From: an uncultured Candidatus Saccharibacteria bacterium
Lineage (GTDB): Bacteria > Patescibacteriota > Doudnabacteria > UBA920
Reading direction: 5' to 3'
Length of the DNA stretch: 64,000 nt
NCBI GenBank assembly: GCA_964561085.1
Contig: CAZLNP010000001.1
Coordinates: 147,201-211,200 of the forward strand
Below the pieces are notes generated by a model, which was given only the letters and a program-made list of their open reading frames with translations, was not told the DNA's origin and made no database searches. The stretch's first letter is position 1; each line of letters begins with the position of its first letter. The translations under genes were made by a program, and so were the position numbers. Shown here in pieces: positions 49,027 through 58,583 of this stretch.

Positions 49027-50121
49027 TTAGAGCCTGATTGGCATTATTAAATAAAGATAGTTTGTTTTTCCTTGCGGCCGGAACACTACAGGTCTAGAAT
49101 CATCAATTATGTGAATATCAATTATTTCTGGACTAGTGTTTGTAAGTAAGTCGAGCATATATCTGTAATTAAGGATCACTGATCCTGCTTCACCAACAAT
49201 CTGACAAGGGATATCAACCACGCTTTCCCCAACCCCTTGTGACGCCGACATAATTTGAATATTCTGCTTTTCTGGGTCAAACCCCAAAGTAACACTTCCA
49301 GCTCCTCTTGAGAAAATCCCACTAGTCTTCAAGGCAGAGAGTAGTGCGCTATGTTGTAGAGTAATCACATTTCCGGTCTCAGTGGGGATAATCTGTGAAT
49401 ATTCCGGATACTGACCATCTATTAGCCTTGTAACCATATATGTATCATTTACGGTTAAAGCCATCTGAGTAGGGCTAATATTCAGCCCTACAGAACCTTC
49501 TACCCCAGCAAGCATGCGGGAAAGCTCTGAAATGCTCCTGTGGGGAACAACTACAGCACGGTCATCTGTTGTTTGAACGGGAATACTCATTTCTCCTAAC
49601 CTGTATCGATCTGTGGCTGTTGCGATCATTTTCGAATTCTCAAACCTCATCGCTATTCCAGATATCTCTGGTTGAGTTTCACTGGTGCTGGCTGCAAAAG
49701 CGACTGAATCTAGAACTTCCTTTAGGTCAGAAGCAGCAATAGCCACCAAACTCCCATCTTCTACAGCAGGAATTAAAGGAAAATCTTCAACCGGCAAGTG
49801 CTTAATCTTTGTTTGATACCTTTCAGTACTTACGGCAGTTTCTGCATCTCCTACTTCGATAGTAATGTTTTCATTTGGAAGATTATTTACCAAATCCAGT
49901 AAAACTTTGGCTGCGATACAAACCCCACCTTCACTCTCAATCTTACAGCGGACCGAAGTACTCATCCCCATCTCCAAATTGGTCGCGGAAATCTTTAGCT
50001 GGCCATTCTCGGTCTGAAGTAAAACATTGTTTAAGATCGGTAATGTCTGACTTGATCCAACAATTCTTGAAACTTGTTGAAGTCCATTTCTTAAATTTTC
50101 TTGTGTACAGATGATTTTCAT
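49027..50121 (-). CDS. dnaN: DNA polymerase III beta sliding clamp
   Basis: LPIL.NVL, ATNLE, ATDRYRL, RLIDG.YP.Y, YLIMPIRL. Confidence 0.98.
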   Translation of the reverse strand: MKIICTQENLRNGLQQVSRIVGSSQTLPILNNVLLQTENGQLKISATNLEMGMSTSVRCKIESEGGVCIAAKVLLDLVNNLPNENITIEVGDAETAVSTERYQTKIKHLPVEDFPLIPAVEDGSLVAIAASDLKEVLDSVAFAASTSETQPEISGIAMRFENSKMIATATDRYRLGEMSIPVQTTDDRAVVVPHRSISELSRMLAGVEGSVGLNISPTQMALTVNDTYMVTRLIDGQYPEYSQIIPTETGNVITLQHSALLSALKTSGIFSRGAGSVTLGFDPEKQNIQIMSASQGVGESVVDIPCQIVGEAGSVILNYRYMLDLLTNTSPEIIDIHIIDDSRPVVFRPQGKTNYLYLIMPIRL

Positions 50122-50412
50122 TATTGTATTTATTTATTCTTTAAAGAAAGATAATACATAGTAATAAGGGCTGGGGATTACGGGATAAGTACTAACTTCT
50201 AATCAGTTTCGGTTTTAACTAACATGGTTTAATTTATTTTTGGGTGTTAGTAAGTCATCGTTTCTAGGCAGATAAAGTCTGGATAAAATTTTTCTAAAAT
50301 GTTGATAAAGTAGGTTTAGTCATAACGGCTGTGCACAAGTATAAAGTTATCCTGAATTTATTCTAAAGTTATACATGAGTTGTGAACATCTTATGAACGG
50401 TTTTTTAGTAAG
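50122..50412. other. Replication origin oriC (dnaA-dnaN intergenic): DnaA-box variants and unwinding element
   Basis: Box-like 9-mers at 50172, 50180, 50300, 50330, 50347, 50369, 50381; short GC stretch then trio-like repeats at 50150-50167 and an AT-rich stretch next to dnaN. Confidence 0.8.
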
Positions 50413-51798
50413 TTAGTTGTATATCTTTTCTAAGATCAATTCCATTTCCTGCTTTATTCCATCGTTTGCGGTTACGGCTTTCTCAACTTTTTCTACACCA
50501 TGCATAACAGTTGTATGATCTCTTCCCCCAAAGAACTCACCAATGGATGGGAATGAGCTCCCAAGCTCTTTACGAGCCAAATACATGGCTGTTTGCCTTG
50601 GTTTTACATACTCTTTACGTCTCGACTGCTTTAGCAGGTCTTCCATGGTAATACTGTAAAAGTTAGCAACAGATTCAGCGATTTTAGATAGAGTCACTGC
50701 TTTCTTCTTAGCACTAACAATACTTGCGAGAATATTCTTGGCTTGATCTAGGGTAAGAGGTTTATTTTCTATTTGCTGATAAATTAACAACTTGTTCAGA
50801 GCGCCTTCTAATTCTCTAATGTTGTTTACAACGTTCTCAGCAATGAATTCTGTTATCTCTTTAGACACCTCCACACCTTTTTTACCGAGTTTAGTCTGAA
50901 GGATGGCAATTCTAGTCTCAAGGTTAGGCGCGCTAATGTCTGCGACCATCCCCCATTCGAACCTCGATACTAAACGTTGTTCAATTGCAGGGATATCTTT
51001 AGGTAAGCGGTCAGCTGTAAGGATGATTTGCTTGCCTTTATCTCTTAGCTCATTGAATGTATGGAAGAACACTTCCTGAGTCTGTTCTTTACCAGCAATG
51101 AACTGAATGTCATCTACCAACAGCATATCCACATTGCGGTAAAGAGCTTTGAAACTATCCATTCTCTTTTGTCCAAGCGCTGCAACGTAGTCATTTGTAA
51201 ACTTTTCACTAGTTACATACAAAATCTTTAGGTTTGGATCTGATTTCTGAATTTGATTACCAACCGCATGCATTAAATGAGTTTTACCTAGTCCAACCCC
51301 ACCATAAATGAATAAAGGGTTGTATTGTGAGCCAGGAGTTTTGGCCACTGCGGTACTAGCGGCATAAGCAAGTTCGCTATTTTGTCCTACAACGAATGTA
51401 TCAAAGGTGTATTGGGGGTTAAGTCCACCTGTTTTAGCCGGGGCAGTGCTTTTTTGGCCAGGATTAAGGTTTTCTTGTTGCTTCTGTTCTTCTTGAGGAG
51501 GAGTGTTTGCTGCAGAGTCCATTAATGAAGGTTGAGTAGCGTTTTCTGCCTTAAAATGGCCCACATAGTACTTAATAACCTTTACTTCTGGGGCAATAGA
51601 CTTTAGAGCCTTAAGCATTGTTGCGTGATATTTGTCGGAGATCCAGTCTCTAGTGAAGTTGCTAGGCACTCCAACTACTATATAATCCTCAGCTTTTTCG
51701 ATAATTCCTGTGTTTTTGAACCAAGTATTAAAATTAGCTTTACTTAAGCTAACTTCTAGATCACCTATGATTGCTTGCCAGAGTTGTTGATTAGTCAT
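50413..51798 (-). CDS. dnaA: Chromosomal replication initiator DnaA
   Basis: NPLFIYGGVGLGKTHL, DDIQF, RELEGAL, GGRDHTTV. Confidence 0.99.
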   Translation of the reverse strand: MTNQQLWQAIIGDLEVSLSKANFNTWFKNTGIIEKAEDYIVVGVPSNFTRDWISDKYHATMLKALKSIAPEVKVIKYYVGHFKAENATQPSLMDSAANTPPQEEQKQQENLNPGQKSTAPAKTGGLNPQYTFDTFVVGQNSELAYAASTAVAKTPGSQYNPLFIYGGVGLGKTHLMHAVGNQIQKSDPNLKILYVTSEKFTNDYVAALGQKRMDSFKALYRNVDMLLVDDIQFIAGKEQTQEVFFHTFNELRDKGKQIILTADRLPKDIPAIEQRLVSRFEWGMVADISAPNLETRIAILQTKLGKKGVEVSKEITEFIAENVVNNIRELEGALNKLLIYQQIENKPLTLDQAKNILASIVSAKKKAVTLSKIAESVANFYSITMEDLLKQSRRKEYVKPRQTAMYLARKELGSSFPSIGEFFGGRDHTTVMHGVEKVEKAVTANDGIKQEMELILEKIYN

Positions 51799-51863
51799 TA
51801 TTTTCTTTGTTTCTTTGAGTTTTTCGGAAGAAATTTGCCAGATAATTCATTCTAACAGCGAAG

Positions 51864-51952
51864 TTATCAACATGCAAAATTGCCATATTCATGGCTTATA
51901 TAAGCCACTTTCCTTTTTCGCTGTTAACAACGTGTGGATAGATTGTGCTTAA
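51864..51952. promoter_or_regulatory. DnaA-box cluster upstream of dnaA
   Basis: TTATCAACA (51864), TGTTAACAA (51922), TGTGGATAG (51933), TGTGCTTAA (51944). Confidence 0.7.
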
Positions 51953-52025
51953 GCTGGGAATTTATAAAAAATTAAGGGGTTTTTGAGAAAAATGCGATTT
52001 TTTTGTCAAATAACTGCCATAATCA

Positions 52026-52054
52026 TTGACTTTAGTCGGCCACTTCAGTATAAT
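52026..52054 (+). promoter_or_regulatory. rpmH operon promoter
   Basis: TTGACT-17-TATAAT. Confidence 0.8.
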
Positions 52055-52087
52055 TACACAAGAAATAGACTAATTAACGCCCGATTA

Positions 52088-52222
52088 ATGAAACGTACTT
52101 ATCAGCCAAAAGTTAAAAAGCGAAAACGAGTCCATGGATTCATGCAAAGAATGCTAACCCGTACAGGACGCGCAGTACTTGCCCGACGTAGATTGAAAGG
52201 TCGCGCTAAACTAACTGTTTAA
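52088..52222 (+). CDS. rpmH: 50S ribosomal protein L34
   Basis: MKRTYQP...RKRVHGF..RM.T..GR.VLARRR.KGR; true start is ATG 52088. Confidence 0.98.
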   Translation: MKRTYQPKVKKRKRVHGFMQRMLTRTGRAVLARRRLKGRAKLTV

Positions 52223-52235
52223 ACCATCGATTTAT

Positions 52236-52586
52236 ATGCTTTCCCAAAAACACCGCCTCTCGAAGTCAGCTGAAGTTAAAAAGACAACAGCCCGAGGGCG
52301 GGGTTTTTTTAATCCATACTTCGTATTAAAAACATTGCCAGGGACAGAGCCGGCTAAAGTAACTGTGGTCGTATCTGTTAAAGTTTCTAAAAAAGCAGTA
52401 GATCGCAACCGTTTGAAGAGAGTTATTAGAGAAACTATTAGACCAGACATATTGAAGTTTAAGCCAGGTAGCTATGCAATTTTAGTTAAGCCTAGCGCAA
52501 TGAAGATCACCTCAGCAGAATTACGCGAGCAGATCCGCAAAGGGCTAATTGCCAGCAAGACTTTGAAACAAACCCAGAAAATATAG
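52236..52586 (+). CDS. rnpA: Ribonuclease P protein component
   Basis: VS.KVSKKAVDRNRLKR (RNR motif); position after rpmH. Confidence 0.96.
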   Translation: MLSQKHRLSKSAEVKKTTARGRGFFNPYFVLKTLPGTEPAKVTVVVSVKVSKKAVDRNRLKRVIRETIRPDILKFKPGSYAILVKPSAMKITSAELREQIRKGLIASKTLKQTQKI

Positions 52587-52590
52587 AGCG

Positions 52591-52830
52591 ATGAAAAAAA
52601 TACTAATTTTCACTATTAAAATATATCAAAAGACTTTGTCCCCCGACCATGGAGTTTTCAGAGCAAGATGGCCATATGGATATTGTCGCTATCAACCGAC
52701 TTGTAGCCAATATGCTATTGATGCATTAAATGCCCATGGAGTAGTAAAGGGCAGCGCAAAAGCCGCATGGCGAATACTGCGATGTAATCCATTCGCCCAG
52801 CCTGGCGCAGATCCCGCCACTAAACTATAA
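52591..52830 (+). CDS. yidD: Membrane protein insertion efficiency factor YidD
   Basis: YQ..LSP, CRY.PTCSQY, RILRCNP. Confidence 0.96.
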   Translation: MKKILIFTIKIYQKTLSPDHGVFRARWPYGYCRYQPTCSQYAIDALNAHGVVKGSAKAAWRILRCNPFAQPGADPATKL

Positions 52831-52856
52831 TGATACGGAGACCTTAAACAAATACT

Positions 52857-53594
52857 ATGCTTAACTTTTTAATAAACATCTACACACAAGCTATCTACGA
52901 ACCAATTCTTAACTTATTAGTTGGTTTATACAACGTCATCCCTGGCCAAGACATTGGGGTGGTAATTATTCTAATCACAATTGCGATTCGTCTAATTCTT
53001 GCTCCTTTCATGCACAAGTCATTGAAGGGTCAAAAAGAGATGAGCGTGCTTCAGCCAAAAATTGCTCAGCTTCGCGAAAAGTATAAAGACGATAGAGCTG
53101 AACAAACAAAAGCAATTACAGAATTATACAAAGAACACAACATCAACCCGTTCTCATCTTGTTTGCCTTTACTAATTCAACTTCCGATCTTAATTGCGTT
53201 GTATCAGGTTTTCGATAAAGCCCTAAAGGGCAACTTAGATGGCCTCTATTCGTTTGTTACTAATCCAGGGATGTTAAACTCAACATTGTTTGGGTTGGTA
53301 GACCTAGCAACTCCAAATATTGTCTTCGCTATATTAGCTGGACTAGTTCAGTTCTGGCAGTCATGGTTGATTACTAAGAGTCAAAATACTGAAGGCATGG
53401 ACCCAACTATGAAAGCAATGAGTATCCCGACAATGTACATCTTACCTTTGGTATCAGTTTACATCGCTTGGAAGCTACCAGCTGGATTACCACTTTATTG
53501 GATAGTTACTACTCTATTCGCAGTAGGACAACAATACTACTTTAATAGCACGCATGTTCCAAAAGAAATTGTAATTACTGCTAAAGAAGTTTAA
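52857..53594 (+). CDS. yidC: Membrane protein insertase YidC (short form)
   Basis: LQPK...L.EKYK, LYKEH.INP...CLP.LIQLPI, PAGL.LYW. Confidence 0.96.
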   Translation: MLNFLINIYTQAIYEPILNLLVGLYNVIPGQDIGVVIILITIAIRLILAPFMHKSLKGQKEMSVLQPKIAQLREKYKDDRAEQTKAITELYKEHNINPFSSCLPLLIQLPILIALYQVFDKALKGNLDGLYSFVTNPGMLNSTLFGLVDLATPNIVFAILAGLVQFWQSWLITKSQNTEGMDPTMKAMSIPTMYILPLVSVYIAWKLPAGLPLYWIVTTLFAVGQQYYFNSTHVPKEIVITAKEV

Positions 53595-53608
53595 AGAAAG
53601 GTTTTAAA

Positions 53609-54094
53609 ATGGCAGATCATCAGATAATTGAATATATTCAAAACACTATTCGCGAAGTGTTGCAGCGCGCTGGCATTGAGGCGCAGATTGAGTATGAAGA
53701 CAGTTTAGCTGATGGTTTAGTATTCAATATTCGCAGCCGTGATGCGAAAATGTTAATCGGTCATCAAGGAAATACTTTGTATTCCCTAGAGCATATTATT
53801 CATGCGATGGTGGCAAGGCAACTAAACAGTAAGCGTGACGAGTCTGAAGAAGATAGCCGTGTTTACTTCTCCGTTGATGTTGATGACTACAAAAAGAAGC
53901 GCCAGTACCACATTAAGCAAATGATAAAAACTGAAGTTGATGAGATGAAGCGCAGTGGCAATACAGTTAGTCTTCCAGCAATGCCAAAGTATGAACGCAA
54001 GTTCGTGCACATGTACATTCAAGATCAATTCCCTCAAGTGACTACAGAAAGTTTGGGAGTCGAACCAACTCGATACATTAAAATGTCGATCTAG
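53609..54094 (+). CDS. jag: Jag/KhpB-like RNA-binding protein (KH + R3H, no N-terminal Jag domain)
   Basis: LIGHQG..L.SL KH motif; M..YERKFVH...S.G..P.R R3H; position after yidC. Confidence 0.88.
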   Translation: MADHQIIEYIQNTIREVLQRAGIEAQIEYEDSLADGLVFNIRSRDAKMLIGHQGNTLYSLEHIIHAMVARQLNSKRDESEEDSRVYFSVDVDDYKKKRQYHIKQMIKTEVDEMKRSGNTVSLPAMPKYERKFVHMYIQDQFPQVTTESLGVEPTRYIKMSI

Positions 54095-54120
54095 AGATAT
54101 ATAAAATACATTTCAAATAA

Positions 54121-54150
54121 AAAAACACCTCCCAATTGGGAGGTGTTTTT
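54121..54150. terminator. Bidirectional terminator
   Basis: AAAAACACCTCCC-aatt-GGGAGGTGTTTTT. Confidence 0.85.
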
Positions 54151-54165
54151 TAATAAGCTATTGTT

Positions 54166-57006
54166 TTAAGGAACAGTGACAGGAACCTTTTCGCTAGTTA
54201 CCCCTGTTTCAGATCTTGCATATACACTATATGAACCTGGGTCAGGTGGGTTATTCCATGTGTAGGAATAAGTGTAGTTGCTACCAGTCTTTGAAATGGA
54301 TCCATCTCCTAACCGTATAACCTTCGCTCCAGATTGAGCGTAGAATGTCACTTTATCGTATTCAGCTGGCCCTTCAGCGCTAAGATCCAACGGGAAGTTA
54401 TCTCCACTTCCTGAGACGGACATCTCTAGCCCGCCGTCTAAAGCGTACTGAACATTTACACTATCTGTTGCTGAGCTGTTGTCGTTGTAGATCACTTTTG
54501 CAGTAATAGTGTGGGAGCCGTCGTTATACTTTTTGTTTAACCTTACTCTATAAGGCGATACATCAGTGCTTTCAACAAATTCTCCATCAACAGAAACTTC
54601 TACACGCGATATATTATCTCCTTCCGCGCTAATCATTACAGTTACTGGCGTATCTGTTATAACGCTGTCATCAGCAGGAGAAATAATTTGAACTTTTTCA
54701 GTTGATTGTTGCTGTTCTCCAGGGTAGCAATATCCATTAGCGCGACCATAAGCAATTACAGGGTTTTCCCAACTTGGGGTATCACGTCTCTCGCTATGAA
54801 GAGTTCTACAGACTCCTGCGGGTAAACCTGAAACTGTTGCGTTAGGATTATTTGGATCTTGCATAGTTGGTGAGACCCAACCATCTGGAGCTGCGATATG
54901 AACATCATCATAGTCCTTCGGCACCGCATAGTCGGCAAATATTTCTGTGCGAGTTTGTGGGGTGTATTGAGTAGGAAGTTTACCTGAAACTGCATCCACA
55001 GCAACTTCTTTAATTCCGGATGGACGTTCAAATTGTTCGATTGGAGTATCAGCCAAAGCGGCTTTCATGAACTGATTCCAAATTGGCCCTGCCATAACCA
55101 CCGCATCTCTCTTCATTGGAGTGTTGTTGTTATTTCCAGTCCATACTCCAGCAGCAAGTGATGGTGTGAAGCCCATTGTCCAGCCGTCACGGAAATCTTG
55201 AGTGGTACCAGTCTTAGCAGCCACGGGACGGTTGCCTAATTGTAATGGTGAGTTAGAACCGAACACATAAGAACGCGCGCTGTTATCGGACATTATGTGA
55301 GTTAAAGAATACACGGCTTGTTCATCAAGTACTTGCTCGCGCTTTTCTTTGTACTCTTCTAAAATATCACCTTCTTGAGAAACAATTTTTAAGATGGCAG
55401 TCTTCTCACTCTTATTACCTTTGTTCGCTAGAGCAGCATAGGCAGCTGTGTGGTCTAACAATGTAATATCGCAACCACCTAATACTAGTGAAAGACCACA
55501 ATCTTTGAATTCAGAATTAATACCTAAGCTACGCGCAGTCTCAATCACTTTTTCAGGACCTACAAGTGCAATGGCTTTTACTGCAGCAATGTTCAAACTA
55601 CCTGCTAATGCTTTGCGCATAGAAACTGGACCATTTGATGCTAGGTTGAAGTTATTTGGAGAGTATCCACCACCGAAGTCAGTTTTAACATCTACTAACA
55701 TGCTTGCTGGAGAGTATTTAAAGTCTTTTCCAAAAGCTGTTACGTATGCGTAAGGTTTAAAACTTGATCCTGGCTGTTGAAGTGTAGTGGCGATATTTAC
55801 GTTTGGAGAGAATAGACAAGTTTTTGGGTTACAGTCTTTCGGGAAGTTTTCGCCAAAATAATCTTTACTTCCAACCATAGCAAGGATTTGCCCGGTTTTA
55901 GGGTCAATCGCTACTAGAGCTGCGTTGTAGCCCCCTGAAGAAGCATTTTTGGCAGCACCATCAGCAACAGCTTTTTCAGCAATTTCTTGTAGCTTAGGAT
56001 CTAGGGTTGTGTAAACTTTCATTCCCCCTTCTTGCAAAGATTGTTCACCAAACTTTTCTGTTAAGTACGCTTCTACATACTGAACAAAGTGAGGAGCAAC
56101 GATTGAGTTTTTAATTGTTTCAAATACAACCTTTTCATTTTTAGCTTCATTGAGTTGATCTTCGGTAATATACTTCAACTCTTTCATTTGCTCTAAGATG
56201 TACTGTTGTCTTGCTTGGAGTGCATCAAAGTTTGGACCGCTTGGGTTGTAATAGGAAGGCGCTTGAGGTAAAGCAGCCAAGTAAGCACTTTCAGCAATAC
56301 TTAAATCAGCGGCGCGCTTGTTAAAGTATGTTTGAGCAGCAGCTTCAATCCCGTATGCGTTACGACCGTAAGGAATTTCGTTCAAGTACATCTTGAAGAT
56401 TTCATCTTTGCTGAAGCGAGCCTCTAGTTCAATTGATAAAATTATTTCCTTGGCTTTACGAATGAAAGATTTGTCGTTCGTTAGCATTGCGTTCTTAACG
56501 AACTGTTGAGTAATAGTAGAACCACCTTGGCGCTTCTCTCTATATATAATGTCGATAACAATCGAACGCGCCAGTCCAGTAATAGAAATCCCAGCATGGT
56601 TATAGAAATTTCTATCTTCCGCTACGATTGTGGCGTTCTTCAGATTTTGGTTGATTTGGTCAAGGTTAACCAGTGTTCGTTTAAATTCCCCATGCACTTC
56701 ATAAAGTAGGGTTTCATCTTTGGCATAGATTTTAGTGCTTTCAGGGACGTTTCTACCCAATAGACGGTTCGGATCCGGCAAAGAACGACTATAATAAATA
56801 AAAAGAAAGGCTATGAACAATACTCCCGCAGCGGCGATGCGGAAGGTCCAAGTGCCAATCCTATTCCAGGGTAGGTCGGCAAGCCAGCCGCGCCAATTTT
56901 TAAAAGAGAACTTCGTTCTAGGGCCACTACTTTTGGTAGCAGTCTTAGAACCTGAATCTGCACTTGCAGATTTTTTTGGTTGATTTTGATAGTTATAAAT
57001 TTTCAT
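54166..57006 (-). CDS. Class A penicillin-binding protein (PBP1A family) with C-terminal Ig-like domains
   Basis: EDRNFY.H.G, GGSTITQQ, YLN.I.YG transglycosylase; SSFK, SLN, KTGT transpeptidase. Confidence 0.96.
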   Translation of the reverse strand: MKIYNYQNQPKKSASADSGSKTATKSSGPRTKFSFKNWRGWLADLPWNRIGTWTFRIAAAGVLFIAFLFIYYSRSLPDPNRLLGRNVPESTKIYAKDETLLYEVHGEFKRTLVNLDQINQNLKNATIVAEDRNFYNHAGISITGLARSIVIDIIYREKRQGGSTITQQFVKNAMLTNDKSFIRKAKEIILSIELEARFSKDEIFKMYLNEIPYGRNAYGIEAAAQTYFNKRAADLSIAESAYLAALPQAPSYYNPSGPNFDALQARQQYILEQMKELKYITEDQLNEAKNEKVVFETIKNSIVAPHFVQYVEAYLTEKFGEQSLQEGGMKVYTTLDPKLQEIAEKAVADGAAKNASSGGYNAALVAIDPKTGQILAMVGSKDYFGENFPKDCNPKTCLFSPNVNIATTLQQPGSSFKPYAYVTAFGKDFKYSPASMLVDVKTDFGGGYSPNNFNLASNGPVSMRKALAGSLNIAAVKAIALVGPEKVIETARSLGINSEFKDCGLSLVLGGCDITLLDHTAAYAALANKGNKSEKTAILKIVSQEGDILEEYKEKREQVLDEQAVYSLTHIMSDNSARSYVFGSNSPLQLGNRPVAAKTGTTQDFRDGWTMGFTPSLAAGVWTGNNNNTPMKRDAVVMAGPIWNQFMKAALADTPIEQFERPSGIKEVAVDAVSGKLPTQYTPQTRTEIFADYAVPKDYDDVHIAAPDGWVSPTMQDPNNPNATVSGLPAGVCRTLHSERRDTPSWENPVIAYGRANGYCYPGEQQQSTEKVQIISPADDSVITDTPVTVMISAEGDNISRVEVSVDGEFVESTDVSPYRVRLNKKYNDGSHTITAKVIYNDNSSATDSVNVQYALDGGLEMSVSGSGDNFPLDLSAEGPAEYDKVTFYAQSGAKVIRLGDGSISKTGSNYTYSYTWNNPPDPGSYSVYARSETGVTSEKVPVTVP

Positions 57007-57135
57007 ATATTTATTATACTGATTTTATAGCATTAATGGAAATATGGTATACTCTTACTATATTTATACGGTCGAAATACACATTAGTAACCTATCAAAA
57101 GTACCTGAAAACTATCTTAAAATAAGTTTAAACGT

Positions 57136-58311
57136 ATGACAAAAGACGAAAAAATCCGCAGTATCTTACAACGAGGTGTGGAAGAGATTATTCATAGCAA
57201 AAGTTTGGAGAAGAAGTTATCTGGAAAGAAAAAGCTTCGTGTAAAACTTGGTATCGACCCAACCAGCCCTAACATCCATATTGGTCGCGCAGTGGTTTTA
57301 TGGAAGCTTCGTGCTTTCCAGGATTTAGGTCATCAGGTGGTATTTATTATTGGTGACTTCACTGGTCAGATTGGCGACACTTCAGACAAAGATGCTGAGC
57401 GCCCAATGCTAACAGAAGAAGAAATCTCTAAGAATGTTAAAACATATTTGGATCAGGCCTACAAAATTTTAGATAAAGATAAAACTGAATTCCATTACAA
57501 CTCTACTTGGTTAAAGAAATTGGGATTTGCAGAAATTGGACACTTGGCAAACATGTTTGGTCTACATGAATTTTCTTCACGCGATAATATTGCTAAGCGC
57601 TTGAAGGCCGGGAAACGAGTTAGTGTTCGCGAACTTCTCTACCCTCTTATGCAAGGCTACGATAGCGTAGAAGTAAAAGCCGATGTAGAACTTGGTGGAA
57701 CAGATCAACGATTTAATTTGTTAGCAGGTCGCACCATCCAACAAGTTTATGGTCAAGAACCTCAAGATGTTTTGATGATGGAGTTGCTTGAAGGAACTGA
57801 TGGACGCAAGATGTCATCTTCTTGGGGAAATACAATTAACTTAAATGATGAACCAAATTTAATGTTTGGAAAAGTTATGTCTATTGATGATAAGTTGATG
57901 GACCGCTATTTTACTCTTGCCACAAATACTTTATGGCAACACATGGAAGAAATGAAAAAGAGCTACAGCAATCCACGTGATCAGAAATTAATTTTAGCGC
58001 ACGCAATTGTTGAACAGTATCATGGTGCTGATGAAGCGCGTAAAGCACAAGAAAACTTTGTATCACAATTTAGTAAAAAAGAATTACCAACTGATATTCC
58101 AGAAATTAAAGTTAAAGTTGGTACTTACTCACTTGCTGATCTATTAATGCAAGCAAAGATGGTAGCGAGTAAGAGCGAAGCCCGCCGATTAATTGAACAA
58201 GGTGGTGTTAAGATTAACCAAGAGAAAGCAACAGAAAAGCCTGTAGAAATAGGCAAAAAAAACAACCTGACATTGCAGGTTGGGAAACGAAAGTTTATTA
58301 GGATAGTTTAG
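57136..58311 (+). CDS. tyrS: Tyrosine--tRNA ligase
   Basis: LGIDPT...HIG, YPLMQGYDS, ELGGTDQ.FN, KMSSS, C-terminal S4 domain. Confidence 0.97.
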   Translation: MTKDEKIRSILQRGVEEIIHSKSLEKKLSGKKKLRVKLGIDPTSPNIHIGRAVVLWKLRAFQDLGHQVVFIIGDFTGQIGDTSDKDAERPMLTEEEISKNVKTYLDQAYKILDKDKTEFHYNSTWLKKLGFAEIGHLANMFGLHEFSSRDNIAKRLKAGKRVSVRELLYPLMQGYDSVEVKADVELGGTDQRFNLLAGRTIQQVYGQEPQDVLMMELLEGTDGRKMSSSWGNTINLNDEPNLMFGKVMSIDDKLMDRYFTLATNTLWQHMEEMKKSYSNPRDQKLILAHAIVEQYHGADEARKAQENFVSQFSKKELPTDIPEIKVKVGTYSLADLLMQAKMVASKSEARRLIEQGGVKINQEKATEKPVEIGKKNNLTLQVGKRKFIRIV

Positions 58312-58341
58312 TTAGTCGGAGCGTAAAACTATATACGTATA

Positions 58342-58375
58342 AAATAAAACCCTCAACGAATTGAGGGATTTATTT
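58342..58375. terminator. Bidirectional terminator (tyrS / acidic microprotein)
   Basis: AAATAAAACCCTCAA-cgaa-TTGAGGGATTTATTT. Confidence 0.75.
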
Positions 58376-58497
58376 TATTCAGCAGCTACTTCAGTTTCAG
58401 CTGGAGCTTCAACTTCAGCACCTTCAGTAGGTTCTGTTGTTGTTTCAGTTGTATCGTCAGAAGCAACTGTTGTGTCGTCGTTTTCGTCTAAGAACAT
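58375..58497 (-). CDS. 40-aa hyperacidic microprotein (not in the ORF track)
   Basis: MFLDENDDTTVASDDTTETTTEPTEGAEVEAPAETEVAAE*; GGGGA SD, own promoter (58584-58612) and terminator; alternative in-frame ATG at 58512. Confidence 0.75.
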   Translation of the reverse strand: MFLDENDDTTVASDDTTETTTEPTEGAEVEAPAETEVAAE

Positions 58498-58583
58498 GTT
58501 TGTGTTCCCCATCTGTACCGAGCTTGCGCAAGGCAGAGACATTAGTGATAAATATAATCAGCTAATTGCTGAACTATGTAACA

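Noticed and set aside
51983-52087. N-terminal extension of rpmH
   Set aside because: It spans the promoter; L34 begins at MKRTYQP.
57007-57135. T-box leader for tyrS
   Set aside because: Too short and AT-rich, with no T-box consensus or terminator.
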